Origin: Myxococcota bacterium
GTDB taxonomy: Bacteria; Myxococcota_A; UBA796; GCA-2862545
DNA: 64,000 bases
NCBI GenBank assembly: GCA_039208735.1
Contig: JBCCQY010000004.1
Coordinates: 32,001 to 96,000, forward strand
Reading direction: 5' to 3'
Each line of letters starts with the position of its first letter. Position 1 is the stretch's first letter. This document shows, piece after piece, positions 28,479-37,902 of the stretch. Below the pieces are notes generated by a model. The model made no database searches. It worked only from the letters and a program-made list of their open reading frames with translations, and was not told the DNA's origin. Made by a program: the position numbers and the translations under genes.

Positions 28479-30160
28479 GTGGATCGTTTTGCCTCGTGCT
28501 CCACGGGCACCTGCCGTGGGTGCTCCACCACGGTCGCTGGCCCCACGGAGAGGACTGGTTGTTCGAGGCGGTCAGCGAGACCTGGCTGCCGATGATCGAG
28601 CTGCTCGATCAATGCCGGGAGGAGGGCCTCCTGCCGCGGTTTACCATCGGGCTCACGCCCATCCTCCTCGAACAGTTGGCGTCGCCCCGACTTCGGGAAG
28701 GCCTTCCGCCGTGGTTGGAAGAGCAGGCGGAACGCGGCCGGCGCGACCGTGCGGAGTTCGAGTCCGAGGGACAGGGCCACATGGCCTGGCTGGCGACCCG
28801 ATGGACAGAGCGGTTTGAACGCCTCCTCGCGCGTTTTGAACAGGCGGATCGCGACATCATCGGCGAGATGCGGCGAGCCTCCGACGAGGGGCTCATCGAG
28901 CTGCTGACGTCGAACGCCACCCATGGCTACCACCCGCTGCTCACCCATGATGCGTGTGGGCGAGCCCAGGTGCGAGCGGGTGTGGCCACCTCGAATCGCC
29001 ACCTGGGGAAGGCTCCGCGAGGCATGTGGCTGCCTGAGTGCGCGTACCGGCCGCCTCGAGGATTTTGGCCGCCCGCGATTCACGGCGATGAGCGGTGGGC
29101 CCAGGGGACGGGGTCGATGGTGGCGGCCGAGGGCATTCGGTACTTCGTTGTCGACTCCCACCTGCTGCACCACGCGACGCCCCAGGCCGTCCTCGTCGGG
29201 CAACGGGCCCAGGCGGTAGGGCCCGAGCAAGCGGGGTGGGACCACCTGCGTGGCTGGAACCACGTGCTCCAACCCCATCGCCTCGTCGAGCAGGAGCGCT
29301 TGCTTGATGTCAGCGTGTTTGCTCGATCACCCAGCGTCAGCGAACAGGTTTGGAGCGGAGCGGTGGGCTACCCCGGCGACGGCCGCTACCTTGAGTTTCA
29401 CAAGCGCCGCGGTCCTCGAGGGCTTCAGTATTGGAAGATCACAGGGCCCAATCGCGATCTGGGAGACAAGGACCTCTACTACCCCGACGACATTGGCTCC
29501 GTTACCCATGCCCAGGCCCAGCACTTTGCCGCGTTGATCCGAGATCAGCTCGGTGGCTTCGAATACCATTCCGGACGCCCAGGCGTGGTCACGGCCCCGT
29601 TTGATGCTGAGTTGTTTGGCCACTGGTGGCATGAGGGGCTGGACTTCTTGCTCGAGGTCGTGCGGGCGATTCACCACGATCCAAGCATCGAGACGGCCAC
29701 GCTCGGTCAGGTGCTGGAGCAGGATCCGCCCGACAAAGCGGTGTCGTTGCCTGAAGGGTCCTGGGGGGAAGAGGGCGACCATCGCGTCTGGCAGAACGAC
29801 GAGTTGCATTTCTACTGGCAGGTCGAGGTCCGAGCCGAAGATCGATTCATGGACCTCTGGCATCGCGCGCCATGGCGGGACGTCGAACCCGTACGGGAGC
29901 TTCTCGAAGAAGCAGGTCGCCAGTTGCTGTTGCTTCAGGCATCGGACTGGCCGTTCGTGATCTCGACCGGAGGAGCTGTGGATTACGGGCTTCGACGCAT
30001 TTTCCACCATGCCTCATTGTTCGATGATCTCTGCAATGGTGTGGAGGATCGCATCGCGCATCCCGAACGAGCGGCCGACCCCGTCGTCGAGGCGGCGCTA
30101 CAGACCTCGCGGCTGCGCGACGCCGTCTTCCCCGACCTGGAGTTGGCCTGGTGGAGCTAA
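28475..30160 (+). CDS. GH57 1,4-alpha-glucan branching enzyme (DUF1957 domain)
   Basis: LHGHLPWV, WLFEA..ETWLP, ATHGYHPL, GMWLPECAY, PFDAELFGHWW.EG and LLQASDWPF. Confidence 0.93.
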   Translation: MSGSFCLVLHGHLPWVLHHGRWPHGEDWLFEAVSETWLPMIELLDQCREEGLLPRFTIGLTPILLEQLASPRLREGLPPWLEEQAERGRRDRAEFESEGQGHMAWLATRWTERFERLLARFEQADRDIIGEMRRASDEGLIELLTSNATHGYHPLLTHDACGRAQVRAGVATSNRHLGKAPRGMWLPECAYRPPRGFWPPAIHGDERWAQGTGSMVAAEGIRYFVVDSHLLHHATPQAVLVGQRAQAVGPEQAGWDHLRGWNHVLQPHRLVEQERLLDVSVFARSPSVSEQVWSGAVGYPGDGRYLEFHKRRGPRGLQYWKITGPNRDLGDKDLYYPDDIGSVTHAQAQHFAALIRDQLGGFEYHSGRPGVVTAPFDAELFGHWWHEGLDFLLEVVRAIHHDPSIETATLGQVLEQDPPDKAVSLPEGSWGEEGDHRVWQNDELHFYWQVEVRAEDRFMDLWHRAPWRDVEPVRELLEEAGRQLLLLQASDWPFVISTGGAVDYGLRRIFHHASLFDDLCNGVEDRIAHPERAADPVVEAALQTSRLRDAVFPDLELAWWS

Positions 30161-31140
30161 ATCGCGAAATTCGCCTCGATCCCCTGACCGGTGAGGCGGT
30201 GGTGTTGTCGGAAGCTCGGGCGGGGATTGCCGCGCCGGAACGACCCCTCGTCGAGCCCGACCCTTGCCCATTTTGCCCGGGGAATGAGGAACACACGGAA
30301 CCCACCATCGAAGCCATCGTCGATGAAGACGGGGTCTGGTTGGCCCGAGCATTTGCCAATCGCAATCCCATGCTGGTGGTCGAGAAACCCCGGGATGTGC
30401 ATGAGCAGGGTGTGTTCTCCTACATGGCAGGGCTTGGGGCCCATGAGGTCATCGTCGAGTCTCGTGCGCACCATCCGTTGCACGAGCAGCCGCCGGAGGC
30501 CCAAACGAACGGGCTTCGTTTGGCCACCCGACGCCTCGCCGACCTAAGCGGCGATACGCGATTGGAAGCGGTGGTGTGGTTCCGCAACGAGGGTCGGCGG
30601 GCGGGGGCGAGTCAGCGCCATCCGCACGCCCAGGTCGTCGGATTGCCCTTCGTGCCTGCACGGTGGCAGCAGATGGCCCAGCGGGCTGCGACTCACCACC
30701 GGCGCTACGGACGCTCGCTGCTCGGTGCAGTGCTCGAGCAGGAGCATGAGGACGGCCGGCGCATCGTGATGCGAGACGGACCCATCACCGCACTTTGCCC
30801 CTACGCAAGCCAGCAACCCTACGAAGTCTGGCTGGTTCCCGACGACCCAGGGCCTCGATTCGCGGATGCGTCCGACGACGAACTCGATGCGCTGTCCCGG
30901 CTCTTGGGGCCGCTTGCTCGCGCAGTTGGTCAGGCATCGGGCATGCCCGTTTCCTACAACCTCGTGGCCCTCGGCGCTCCCGAACGCAACCACGAGCCCG
31001 GGCTTGGCTGGCACTTGCGCTTTTTGCCGAACCTCATCCGGGGGGCCGGCTTTGAGCGCAACACCGGCGCGGCGGTCCATGGGACTTTCCCCGAGGCCGC
31101 GGCGACAGCGATTCGTGGGGCCTGGGACGCTACGGCGTAG
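30151..31140 (+). CDS. galT: GalT-family nucleotidyltransferase (galactose-1-P uridylyltransferase / ADP-glucose phosphorylase-like)
   Basis: CPFCPGNE, GAHEVIVES and GASQRHPHAQ (HxHxQ). Confidence 0.85.
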   Translation: MELNREIRLDPLTGEAVVLSEARAGIAAPERPLVEPDPCPFCPGNEEHTEPTIEAIVDEDGVWLARAFANRNPMLVVEKPRDVHEQGVFSYMAGLGAHEVIVESRAHHPLHEQPPEAQTNGLRLATRRLADLSGDTRLEAVVWFRNEGRRAGASQRHPHAQVVGLPFVPARWQQMAQRAATHHRRYGRSLLGAVLEQEHEDGRRIVMRDGPITALCPYASQQPYEVWLVPDDPGPRFADASDDELDALSRLLGPLARAVGQASGMPVSYNLVALGAPERNHEPGLGWHLRFLPNLIRGAGFERNTGAAVHGTFPEAAATAIRGAWDATA

Positions 31141-31669
31141 ACCAGCTTCCTTCGTACGTGATGGTCCGGTCGGGGTGCGGCGCTTCAAGCGTCCAGGTGC
31201 ACGCCCGGGGCCCGTCCGGGTGAGGGGACGTGACGCGTTGGAGCAAGACCCGGAAGGGGCGTGCGTTCTTGCCTCGGGGGGCCGTAACCTCGTGCTCGCG
31301 GGTGTAGGGCGTGGCTTCGGCTCCTTCGCCCGTGCACGCCGTGGTGACCTTCACTTTCCAGGTGCCGGGAGCGCCGACCGGGGGCACTCGCAAGGCGGCG
31401 TACAAACCGTACTCACCGGGAGCCAACGGTTCTTCTACGCTCTGCCCGAGGAAGGTTTCGCAGGTTTGGGCCCCGCGGCAGAGGCCGAGCCCTTGTTCGT
31501 CGAATGGCCGCACGCCGGCGCGGATCTCGTCGAGTAACGGCCCTACGAGTTGAGCTTCAAAGTTGGTCGCGACCGCGAGTTGTGCGGCGTTTTCGGGACC
31601 CTCCGCGGATGCACCCGTGCATCCGACAAAGCTCGTCCCAATCGCGATCATGGCCCATCTGACGGTCAT
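31130..31669 (-). CDS. Hypothetical lipoprotein
   Basis: MTVRWAMIAIGTSFVGC lipobox with Cys pairs; the 5' part of the called ORF is antisense shadow. Confidence 0.65.
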   Translation of the reverse strand: MTVRWAMIAIGTSFVGCTGASAEGPENAAQLAVATNFEAQLVGPLLDEIRAGVRPFDEQGLGLCRGAQTCETFLGQSVEEPLAPGEYGLYAALRVPPVGAPGTWKVKVTTACTGEGAEATPYTREHEVTAPRGKNARPFRVLLQRVTSPHPDGPRACTWTLEAPHPDRTITYEGSWSTP

Positions 31670-31750
31670 CGGTCGTCCCCCAGGGAGACGGAGACTACCA
31701 ACTGCGACAGGTCTGCGGCACTTGCATAGGTGCTCGAATGGAGGATCCGA

Positions 31751-32689
31751 ATGAGCCTCGCTGAGGCGACGATCAAGGGCCAGCCGGTTGAGCTGCTCGG
31801 TCAAGCCCCCTACGCATGCGAATCGTTGCACCCACTGGTGGGGATCGAGTTCACCCTGCCGACCCGTGATCCTTGGGTGCGGGGCACGGGGGATTCGGCC
31901 CACGCCTACCTGGATGGGGCCCGTCGCGCTTGGTCCGATCTGCCCGAGTACATGGACTTTTTGGCGTTGGATTCGCCGATCTACGATCTCAAACGCGCCG
32001 AGCGAGACTTGTACCTTGCGGTGTGGCGCGACCACCTCGATGCGCCGACGGTTCTGGATGTAGGCTGTGGGGTCGGGCGGATGACGATGCCGTGGTTGGA
32101 TCGCGGTGCGACGGTCACCGCGGTTGATCCCGACCACCAATCGTTGCGGCGCGTGGTGTGGCATGCCGCGGGTCGCGCAGGTCGACTGGATGTGGCCTGG
32201 GCCAGTGTGCATGCATTGCCCGACGTGACCGTCGACGTGGCGATTGCGGCCGAAGTGCTTTGCTACGTGCCCGACGCGACCGCAGCGTTGCGCTCCATCG
32301 CCGAACGGGTCCGCCCAAACGGGCATCTGCTGTTGTCGGTCGAGGCTCGGTATGGTTGGGCGGCCTGTGGCGATGCCTCACCGGGCTCGATCGAGGCGGC
32401 CCTCAACGACGATGGAACGATCGACTTGCCGGGAGATCGGTGGGTGCAAACCTACGACCGAGAGCGATTCGAGTCGTTGATCGTCGATGCGGGCCTCGAG
32501 CCGATGACCATCGTGCCGAGCCACTACGTCCCTGACGGCCCACTCGAACACGTGGCGCCCGACGACTTGTCGCTGGAACAGCTCCTGGCGCTCGAAGCAC
32601 GGTGTCGTCAGCATCCCATTTGGGGCCCGCTCAACCGACTCTGGGTCGGGATTGCCCGTAAGCCATCGGACAAAGCCAAGGACGGATAG
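31751..32689 (+). CDS. Class I SAM-dependent methyltransferase
   Basis: VLDVGCGVGR, VTAVD and EVLCYVPD..LR....RPNG.L. Confidence 0.85.
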   Translation: MSLAEATIKGQPVELLGQAPYACESLHPLVGIEFTLPTRDPWVRGTGDSAHAYLDGARRAWSDLPEYMDFLALDSPIYDLKRAERDLYLAVWRDHLDAPTVLDVGCGVGRMTMPWLDRGATVTAVDPDHQSLRRVVWHAAGRAGRLDVAWASVHALPDVTVDVAIAAEVLCYVPDATAALRSIAERVRPNGHLLLSVEARYGWAACGDASPGSIEAALNDDGTIDLPGDRWVQTYDRERFESLIVDAGLEPMTIVPSHYVPDGPLEHVAPDDLSLEQLLALEARCRQHPIWGPLNRLWVGIARKPSDKAKDG

Positions 32690-32846
32690 AGATCCAGGCC
32701 ATCACCGGAACGCCGTCCTTCGACGTTCAGGCCCGCAGCGCCGTCGCAGGGCGAGACGCATTGGGGTCGGTGATTGGCGAACGGATGGCGGGAATCGTCT
32801 CCATGCGCGTTCCGTAGACTCTATGGAGTAGCGAACCCCCGGAGCG

Positions 32847-33572
32847 GTGATGCGCATTGTAGTGACCGGAGCAAATCGAGGAATCGGCCAAGAGGTCGCC
32901 CGACAGTTGGCGAACGGCGGTCATGAGGTGGTGGGCACCGCTCGGACGGCGGACGCCGAGTTCCCGATGGATCTTTCCAATCCCGCTTCCATCCAGGACT
33001 TCGCCGAACGCGTGGCGCCGATGGATGGTCTGGTCAACAACGCCGCGGTCATGCTCCAACGAAGCGATGTGGAAAGCGCCCGAATGACCTTGGCCGTCAA
33101 CGTCGAGGGCACGATTGCGCTAACCGAGGCCTTGCTGCCGAAGATCAATCCCGGTGGCCGAATCGTCATCGTATCGAGTGGGATGGGGGAGCGAAGCGGG
33201 TTCTCGGGTCCGGCTCAGCGAGCCCTCGAGGATGAGGGCCTCGATCGGGAGGGAGTCCTCCGGCTGGGTGGGTACTTCATCGAGCACGTGGCGAAGGGAG
33301 CCGACACGGTGTACGGATGGCCGTCGTCGGCGTACAGTGTTTCGAAAGGCCTCATCAATGCCTACGCGCGTCATCTGGCCCGGCAGCTCGCGGACGACCC
33401 GCGAGGCATTCGGGTTGTGGCGGTCTGCCCAGGATGGGTTCAGACTCGCATGGGCGGGGGCGGCGCCCCGCGAACCGTTGAAGAGGGAGCCGCTGGCATC
33501 GTCTGGGCCGTCACGGACCCATCCGTTCCCTCGGCCGGGTTTTTTCGGGACGGCAGGTCCATTGCCTGGTGA
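32847..33572 (+). CDS. Short-chain dehydrogenase/reductase (carbonyl reductase-like)
   Basis: VTGANRGIG, LVNNA, YSVSK and CPGWVQTRMGG. Confidence 0.93.
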   Translation: MMRIVVTGANRGIGQEVARQLANGGHEVVGTARTADAEFPMDLSNPASIQDFAERVAPMDGLVNNAAVMLQRSDVESARMTLAVNVEGTIALTEALLPKINPGGRIVIVSSGMGERSGFSGPAQRALEDEGLDREGVLRLGGYFIEHVAKGADTVYGWPSSAYSVSKGLINAYARHLARQLADDPRGIRVVAVCPGWVQTRMGGGGAPRTVEEGAAGIVWAVTDPSVPSAGFFRDGRSIAW

Positions 33573-33657
33573 CGGAGCGCACCGACGTCCGCGCGACGTT
33601 TGGCCAATATGCGCCCGCCATCCAGCCAACGCGTCCGCTCCGGGTGGGTGACCGAAA

Positions 33658-34362
33658 TCAGCGATCGATCGGCGACTCCTCCATCGCGGCACGATTGCGC
33701 GCCGCCAGGTACGAGTCAGGCTCGGGCTCACGGGGCTCCCCTTCGACGAAGACCTGTCCTACACAGTGGGCTTCGCCAGCCTCGCGACGCGCGACCTGCA
33801 CGATGACATCCGCTCCTGGTGGCAGGCCGAGGAACTCGTCGAGGAACGGCTGGCTGGCGATGATCGCAGCTCGGGAACGGAACTCGAACTGGGAAGCATC
33901 TTCGTGGTCGTGGTCCTCTTCCCCACATACGATGTACCACCCCGACTCCTGGGGCTGCTGGCGTTCGTTGCGCTGCATGAAGTACAGCTCGAGATCGCGA
34001 TCGACGCGATTGCACACCAACACGGTCGTCGCCGGATGGGAGAAGTCGGGAAGTAACCCTACGCTTCGGGCCACTTCGAGCTGCCGCCACATCCGCATCA
34101 ACCCTGGCCCAATATCCTCGGCCCATCCGTCGGCCTCCAGCGCACGAAGCACCAACGTGCCATCGCCGTCGGCGTGCAACCTGCCGAGGAGCGACCCTAT
34201 TACAACGGTCTGACCGGGCTCGAAGGTCGTGCCCGCCGCGACTCCCTCCTCGAAGTAGCGCAGTACCATCCGCTCGATGTCGGGCACCGGCAGCGGGTTC
34301 CGAACTTCGAATCGGACTTCGGGGTGCCCTGCCTCGTGACAACGAACAGTCCTAAATTCCAA
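33658..34362 (-). CDS. Imm33-like immunity-domain protein
   Basis: C-terminal ESGWYI..FLGLPPG pattern and N-terminal GHPE..F..G+T; family assigned from memory of the motif. Confidence 0.6.
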   Translation of the reverse strand: MEFRTVRCHEAGHPEVRFEVRNPLPVPDIERMVLRYFEEGVAAGTTFEPGQTVVIGSLLGRLHADGDGTLVLRALEADGWAEDIGPGLMRMWRQLEVARSVGLLPDFSHPATTVLVCNRVDRDLELYFMQRNERQQPQESGWYIVCGEEDHDHEDASQFEFRSRAAIIASQPFLDEFLGLPPGADVIVQVARREAGEAHCVGQVFVEGEPREPEPDSYLAARNRAAMEESPIDR

Positions 34363-34736
34363 CTCTACCTACTTTGTCGCCTCGGCAATCTTGCGGGTAG
34401 CGAACGCGTCGTGAGCGTTGACTGACGGTCAATGTAGTGGAAGAGCCAGCCGTGACCACACCAATCCGGTCATTTTATGGTCGGATCGCGAGCCGCACGT
34501 TCAGAACGCTTCGTCCCTTGCCACACCAGTTCAATCCCCGACTCGGAAGGGTCACCCATGATTTCCTGTTCGAGTTCGATCTCGGAGATTGACCGGGGGG
34601 CTCTCGTACCCACCGAGCCACAACGAATAGGGCACCGGCCCCTGGCGCACAATGACCAAGGGAACGGGATCGACCACGCCGGCGACCATCTCCCCCGACC
34701 AGGTGGCTAAAGGCAGCACCCGGTCGAGCCCCGCAT

Positions 34737-35087
34737 CTACTCCTTGCGCAGGAGCCAAACGTAGGTCGGATTTCCGCTGTCGGCATTGAGCACGTAGCCA
34801 CCACGATCTTCGAAGCCTTGGCTGGCCATGTAGTTCAGGGCGTCGATGGAGGATCGGAACTTTGCCGACTTGCCGGTCACGTCGTCGACCAAACGCTGGC
34901 CGGTGGGCCCGGACTCGCCACAGTCGAGGATCAGCTTCGTGTTCTTGGCCACCGCAGTGGCGCGGTAAGCCGTCATCATGCAGTAGGACGGGGCGCTGGG
35001 CGATTGTGCGACAGCCAACTGAACGGACACGTTGGCGACGATGACAAGGGTAAGCACCGCGAGAGCGACCTGGACGACTTGCTTCAC
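34737..35087 (-). CDS. Small secreted hypothetical protein
   Basis: RBS GGAGG before GTG 35087; signal peptide; YC..LILDCG..LVD..GK..KF.S.IDALNYM..GFE..Y..LLRKE. Confidence 0.7.
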   Translation of the reverse strand: MKQVVQVALAVLTLVIVANVSVQLAVAQSPSAPSYCMMTAYRATAVAKNTKLILDCGESGPTGQRLVDDVTGKSAKFRSSIDALNYMASQGFEDRGGYVLNADSGNPTYVWLLRKE

Positions 35088-35337
35088 GTTGACCTCCGTG
35101 ACCTTAGGCACCTGTGCGCCCGGGCTCGCGGCCAGCATATCGGCTCGTATTGCCAAATTCGATAATACCCTGTCAAATGGCGTTGAACGAACGGAGTTGT
35201 AGAGTGTCATGAAGGCAAATGCATGTGCGGTCAAGTTCGGGCTGCCAGAGCAGGTTGGCCGACGAGAGGGCCAGCGCCAGCACGAGAGGCTCGGTTGGTT
35301 CAGATGTCGTCAACGTCTCCGACGATCTCGTGCTGCC

Positions 35338-36258
35338 TCATGCGTCGGGCAGGAATGCACTGGGGCGGCGGCCCGTCCACCTCGTGAACGCACGGGAGAA
35401 TGCGCTCGTGTCGGAGAACCCCAGATCGAGCGCCACGTGCTTCACTGCCGCACCGCCCTGCAGCATCGCCTGGGCTCGACGCGACAGGATCCGGTCGATC
35501 ACCTGCTGGGGGGTCGTGCCCTCCTGCTCCAGGCGTCGTCGGAGCGTGCGTGGAGACATTCGCACCAGTACGGCCAGGTCATCGACGTTGGGTCGCCCGA
35601 ACTGCAGCCGGGCGTCCAGCACGGCTTCGAGCCGCTCGACCAGGGTGGGTTCGATGCGGCCGTAGCCCAGCGACTGTGCCGCCGCGCAGAGGATGTCATG
35701 GAGGCGCGGGTCAGCGGAGGCGAGCGGACAGTGGAGCGTGTCGGGACGAAGCTCGACTCCAGCCTCCCCCTCGGTCACCGAGATGGTGTCGAGTTCCTCG
35801 CGCATCCAGTCGGGCACCCCGGTCGCCGACAGCCGGAGGGTCCGGAACGGCTCTCGACCGAGAGCATCGCGTCCGCGTGGCACCAACAGCGCAGCGAGGA
35901 AGTCCCGGTGAAAGGGGCCGTCCGCCTTGGAGCTCACCCAGCGGTGGGCGTAGACGTAGCGCATGTCGGGGCTCGCGACCGTGTCGAGGTAGCGGCACAC
36001 CGCAAGGTGGGAGGTGTGGGGGTCTGCTGCAGTGGCGCCGATGTAGTCGATGATGCCGAAGGCGCCGATCGGCACCAGCCAGCCTAGCTGAGCGCCGCTT
36101 GTGGGATCCGCCAGCGCGTCGGTGATGCGGTTGAGCACATCGTCGAAGGAGGTGGTGCCCGCGAGCAGTGTCCTCAGACGTCCCGGCGGCTGACCGCGTC
36201 GCACTTCGAGTTCACCCACCGCCAGCTCCACCGCATGGGCTTGGTCCGTGCGGAGCAT
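35338..36258 (-). CDS. AraC-family transcriptional regulator (OruR/VqsM-like)
   Basis: LA..VRMSPRTLRRRLEQEGT and VALDLGFSDTSAFSRAFTRWTGRRPS. ATG at 36258 with RBS GGAGG. Confidence 0.92.
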   Translation of the reverse strand: MLRTDQAHAVELAVGELEVRRGQPPGRLRTLLAGTTSFDDVLNRITDALADPTSGAQLGWLVPIGAFGIIDYIGATAADPHTSHLAVCRYLDTVASPDMRYVYAHRWVSSKADGPFHRDFLAALLVPRGRDALGREPFRTLRLSATGVPDWMREELDTISVTEGEAGVELRPDTLHCPLASADPRLHDILCAAAQSLGYGRIEPTLVERLEAVLDARLQFGRPNVDDLAVLVRMSPRTLRRRLEQEGTTPQQVIDRILSRRAQAMLQGGAAVKHVALDLGFSDTSAFSRAFTRWTGRRPSAFLPDA

Positions 36259-36274
36259 CGTGCCTCCGTCCCCC

Positions 36275-37621
36275 CTATTCCACCGTCCACCGAAGTGGTG
36301 GGCTCTCGGAGATGTCCGTGATGCGACCGGCCTCCACGTCGAGGTACCGTGGTGCGCCCAGGGCGTTCCGCACGTAGGTACTCCACTCCGCGTCCGGGCT
36401 CGCCAGGCCGCCCCGGGTCGACCCGACCACGAACCATCGTCCTGGCTGCAACGCGAGCACCGTGGTGAAGACGCCGTCCTCCTCGGAGCTCCGGTCACCG
36501 ACGAGAAGCTGGCCAGCCGCGAGCCCCGCCGGCGGATCTTCCGGCTCGGGTGCGTCCAGGCCGAGGAAGATCGGGAACGGGGTGTCGACGCCCTCGGGTC
36601 GCTCGTAGCGGAACCGCACCCAGCCGACCTCCTGGGGCGACACCACGAGCTCGTCGGCGTCGAAGGTGGTGAGTGCCGTGTGGCACACCGTGCACGTGCC
36701 ATTTCCAATCCGTCCGCCGTAGCCGTCGAAGTCGACCTGCGCGTCGATCGCGCGGGCCCCGACCCATCCCGCACCGAAAGCCGGTGTGGTCGGGGGATCG
36801 GCCAGCAGCCCTCGCCGCGCCTCCTCGGCGTTCTGGAGGCGGGCGTCGACGAGGTCGCGAAACGGCCACTGGTAGGCCAGGTTGGTGTTCAGGGCGCTAA
36901 AGTAGGCCCGCTCGGCGCCTTCCACATCGCCGGCCATCAGGAGCATGTCACCCTGGAGCACGTTGGTTCCCGGTATGTTGTAGGGGGCATGATCCCAATC
37001 CCCGAGTCGTCGGACGCGCTCTCCCTGGTTCCCGATCTGGTAGCCGAATGCGTCGTCGAAGATCACGTCGTAGGCATCAACCCCTTCTTCGTAGAGGGCG
37101 GGCCCGCCGTGGGGATCGGCTGCAATGGCGAGGGTGAGCCCGAACAGGGTGAAGCCTGGGTAGTCGACCCCGGTGCGACGCAGTTCCTCGTACGCGGCTT
37201 CGAGCGCGACATCGTCCATCGGATCGGCGAGGAACACCTGCTTCCAAAGCAGGAACGCTCGCCAGAGGGGTAGCCGAGCGTCGCTGGGGTTCGCGGCGGT
37301 CGCCCGCTCGAGTGCGGCGACGGCAGGGTCGATCACGTCTTCGCGGGAGAGCTCGAAGGCACCGAGCAAGCCGGCGGTGCCGATCGCGAGGTCGCGCTGC
37401 GCGCCCGGCGTCGCCTCGTTCAAGAAGGCCCAGGTGCGCTCGAAGTCGCGGTTGTCGTACTGCATCATCCAGATCATGCGGGCCATTGGGTCATCAGGGT
37501 CGACAGGCGCATTGGGAATGACGGATGGCTGAAGCCACTCCGCGGGAGCATCGTCGACGACCGGCGCCGGCAGACAGCCGACAGCCGACAGCAGGGTGAG
37601 CGAGCGGAGCAGGCGAAACAT
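36275..37621 (-). CDS. Lipoprotein with helical/TPR-like region and a single CxxCH heme-c motif
   Basis: Lipobox LSAVGC; CTVCH at 36680-36694; RBS AGGAGG. Confidence 0.75.
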   Translation of the reverse strand: MFRLLRSLTLLSAVGCLPAPVVDDAPAEWLQPSVIPNAPVDPDDPMARMIWMMQYDNRDFERTWAFLNEATPGAQRDLAIGTAGLLGAFELSREDVIDPAVAALERATAANPSDARLPLWRAFLLWKQVFLADPMDDVALEAAYEELRRTGVDYPGFTLFGLTLAIAADPHGGPALYEEGVDAYDVIFDDAFGYQIGNQGERVRRLGDWDHAPYNIPGTNVLQGDMLLMAGDVEGAERAYFSALNTNLAYQWPFRDLVDARLQNAEEARRGLLADPPTTPAFGAGWVGARAIDAQVDFDGYGGRIGNGTCTVCHTALTTFDADELVVSPQEVGWVRFRYERPEGVDTPFPIFLGLDAPEPEDPPAGLAAGQLLVGDRSSEEDGVFTTVLALQPGRWFVVGSTRGGLASPDAEWSTYVRNALGAPRYLDVEAGRITDISESPPLRWTVE

Positions 37622-37668
37622 AAGGAAACCTCCTGCTCGACGAATACGGCGTTCGCGACCTGTTTTGC

Positions 37669-37706
37669 GATGGGATATCCGGCCATGTTGATGGCCGATC
37701 CGGACA
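37669..37706 (-). promoter_or_regulatory. Putative AraC operator: 17-bp direct repeat with 21-bp period
   Basis: Minus strand TGTCCGGATCGGCCATC and TGGCCGGATATCCCATC (13/17 identical), upstream of the heme-lipoprotein gene. Confidence 0.6.
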
Positions 37707-37902
37707 GCGTTTCGATGCGATCGCTGAACGTCGCGTCACAAGGGCTCCTGCGAGCATTCTCCTGCACAGACCTTTGCGATCATGGGTGAAGGGATTGTGT
37801 TTTCCATGAATACATCGGGTTTGACCACCGGGACGGCCCTTCGGCGGGAGCCCGCTTCCTAACTTGCGAGGTTATGGCGCCTTAAAGCGGAGTGAACGCA
37901 GC

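Noticed and set aside
34418..34432. Palindrome TTGAC-TGACG-GTCAA as a TetR-type operator
   Set aside because: It has only 5-bp arms, occurs once and no cognate regulator is nearby; it could be chance.
34470..34652. IELVWQG peptide resembling the N-terminus of type III DNA methyltransferases
   Set aside because: The match is too short and no methyltransferase motifs follow.
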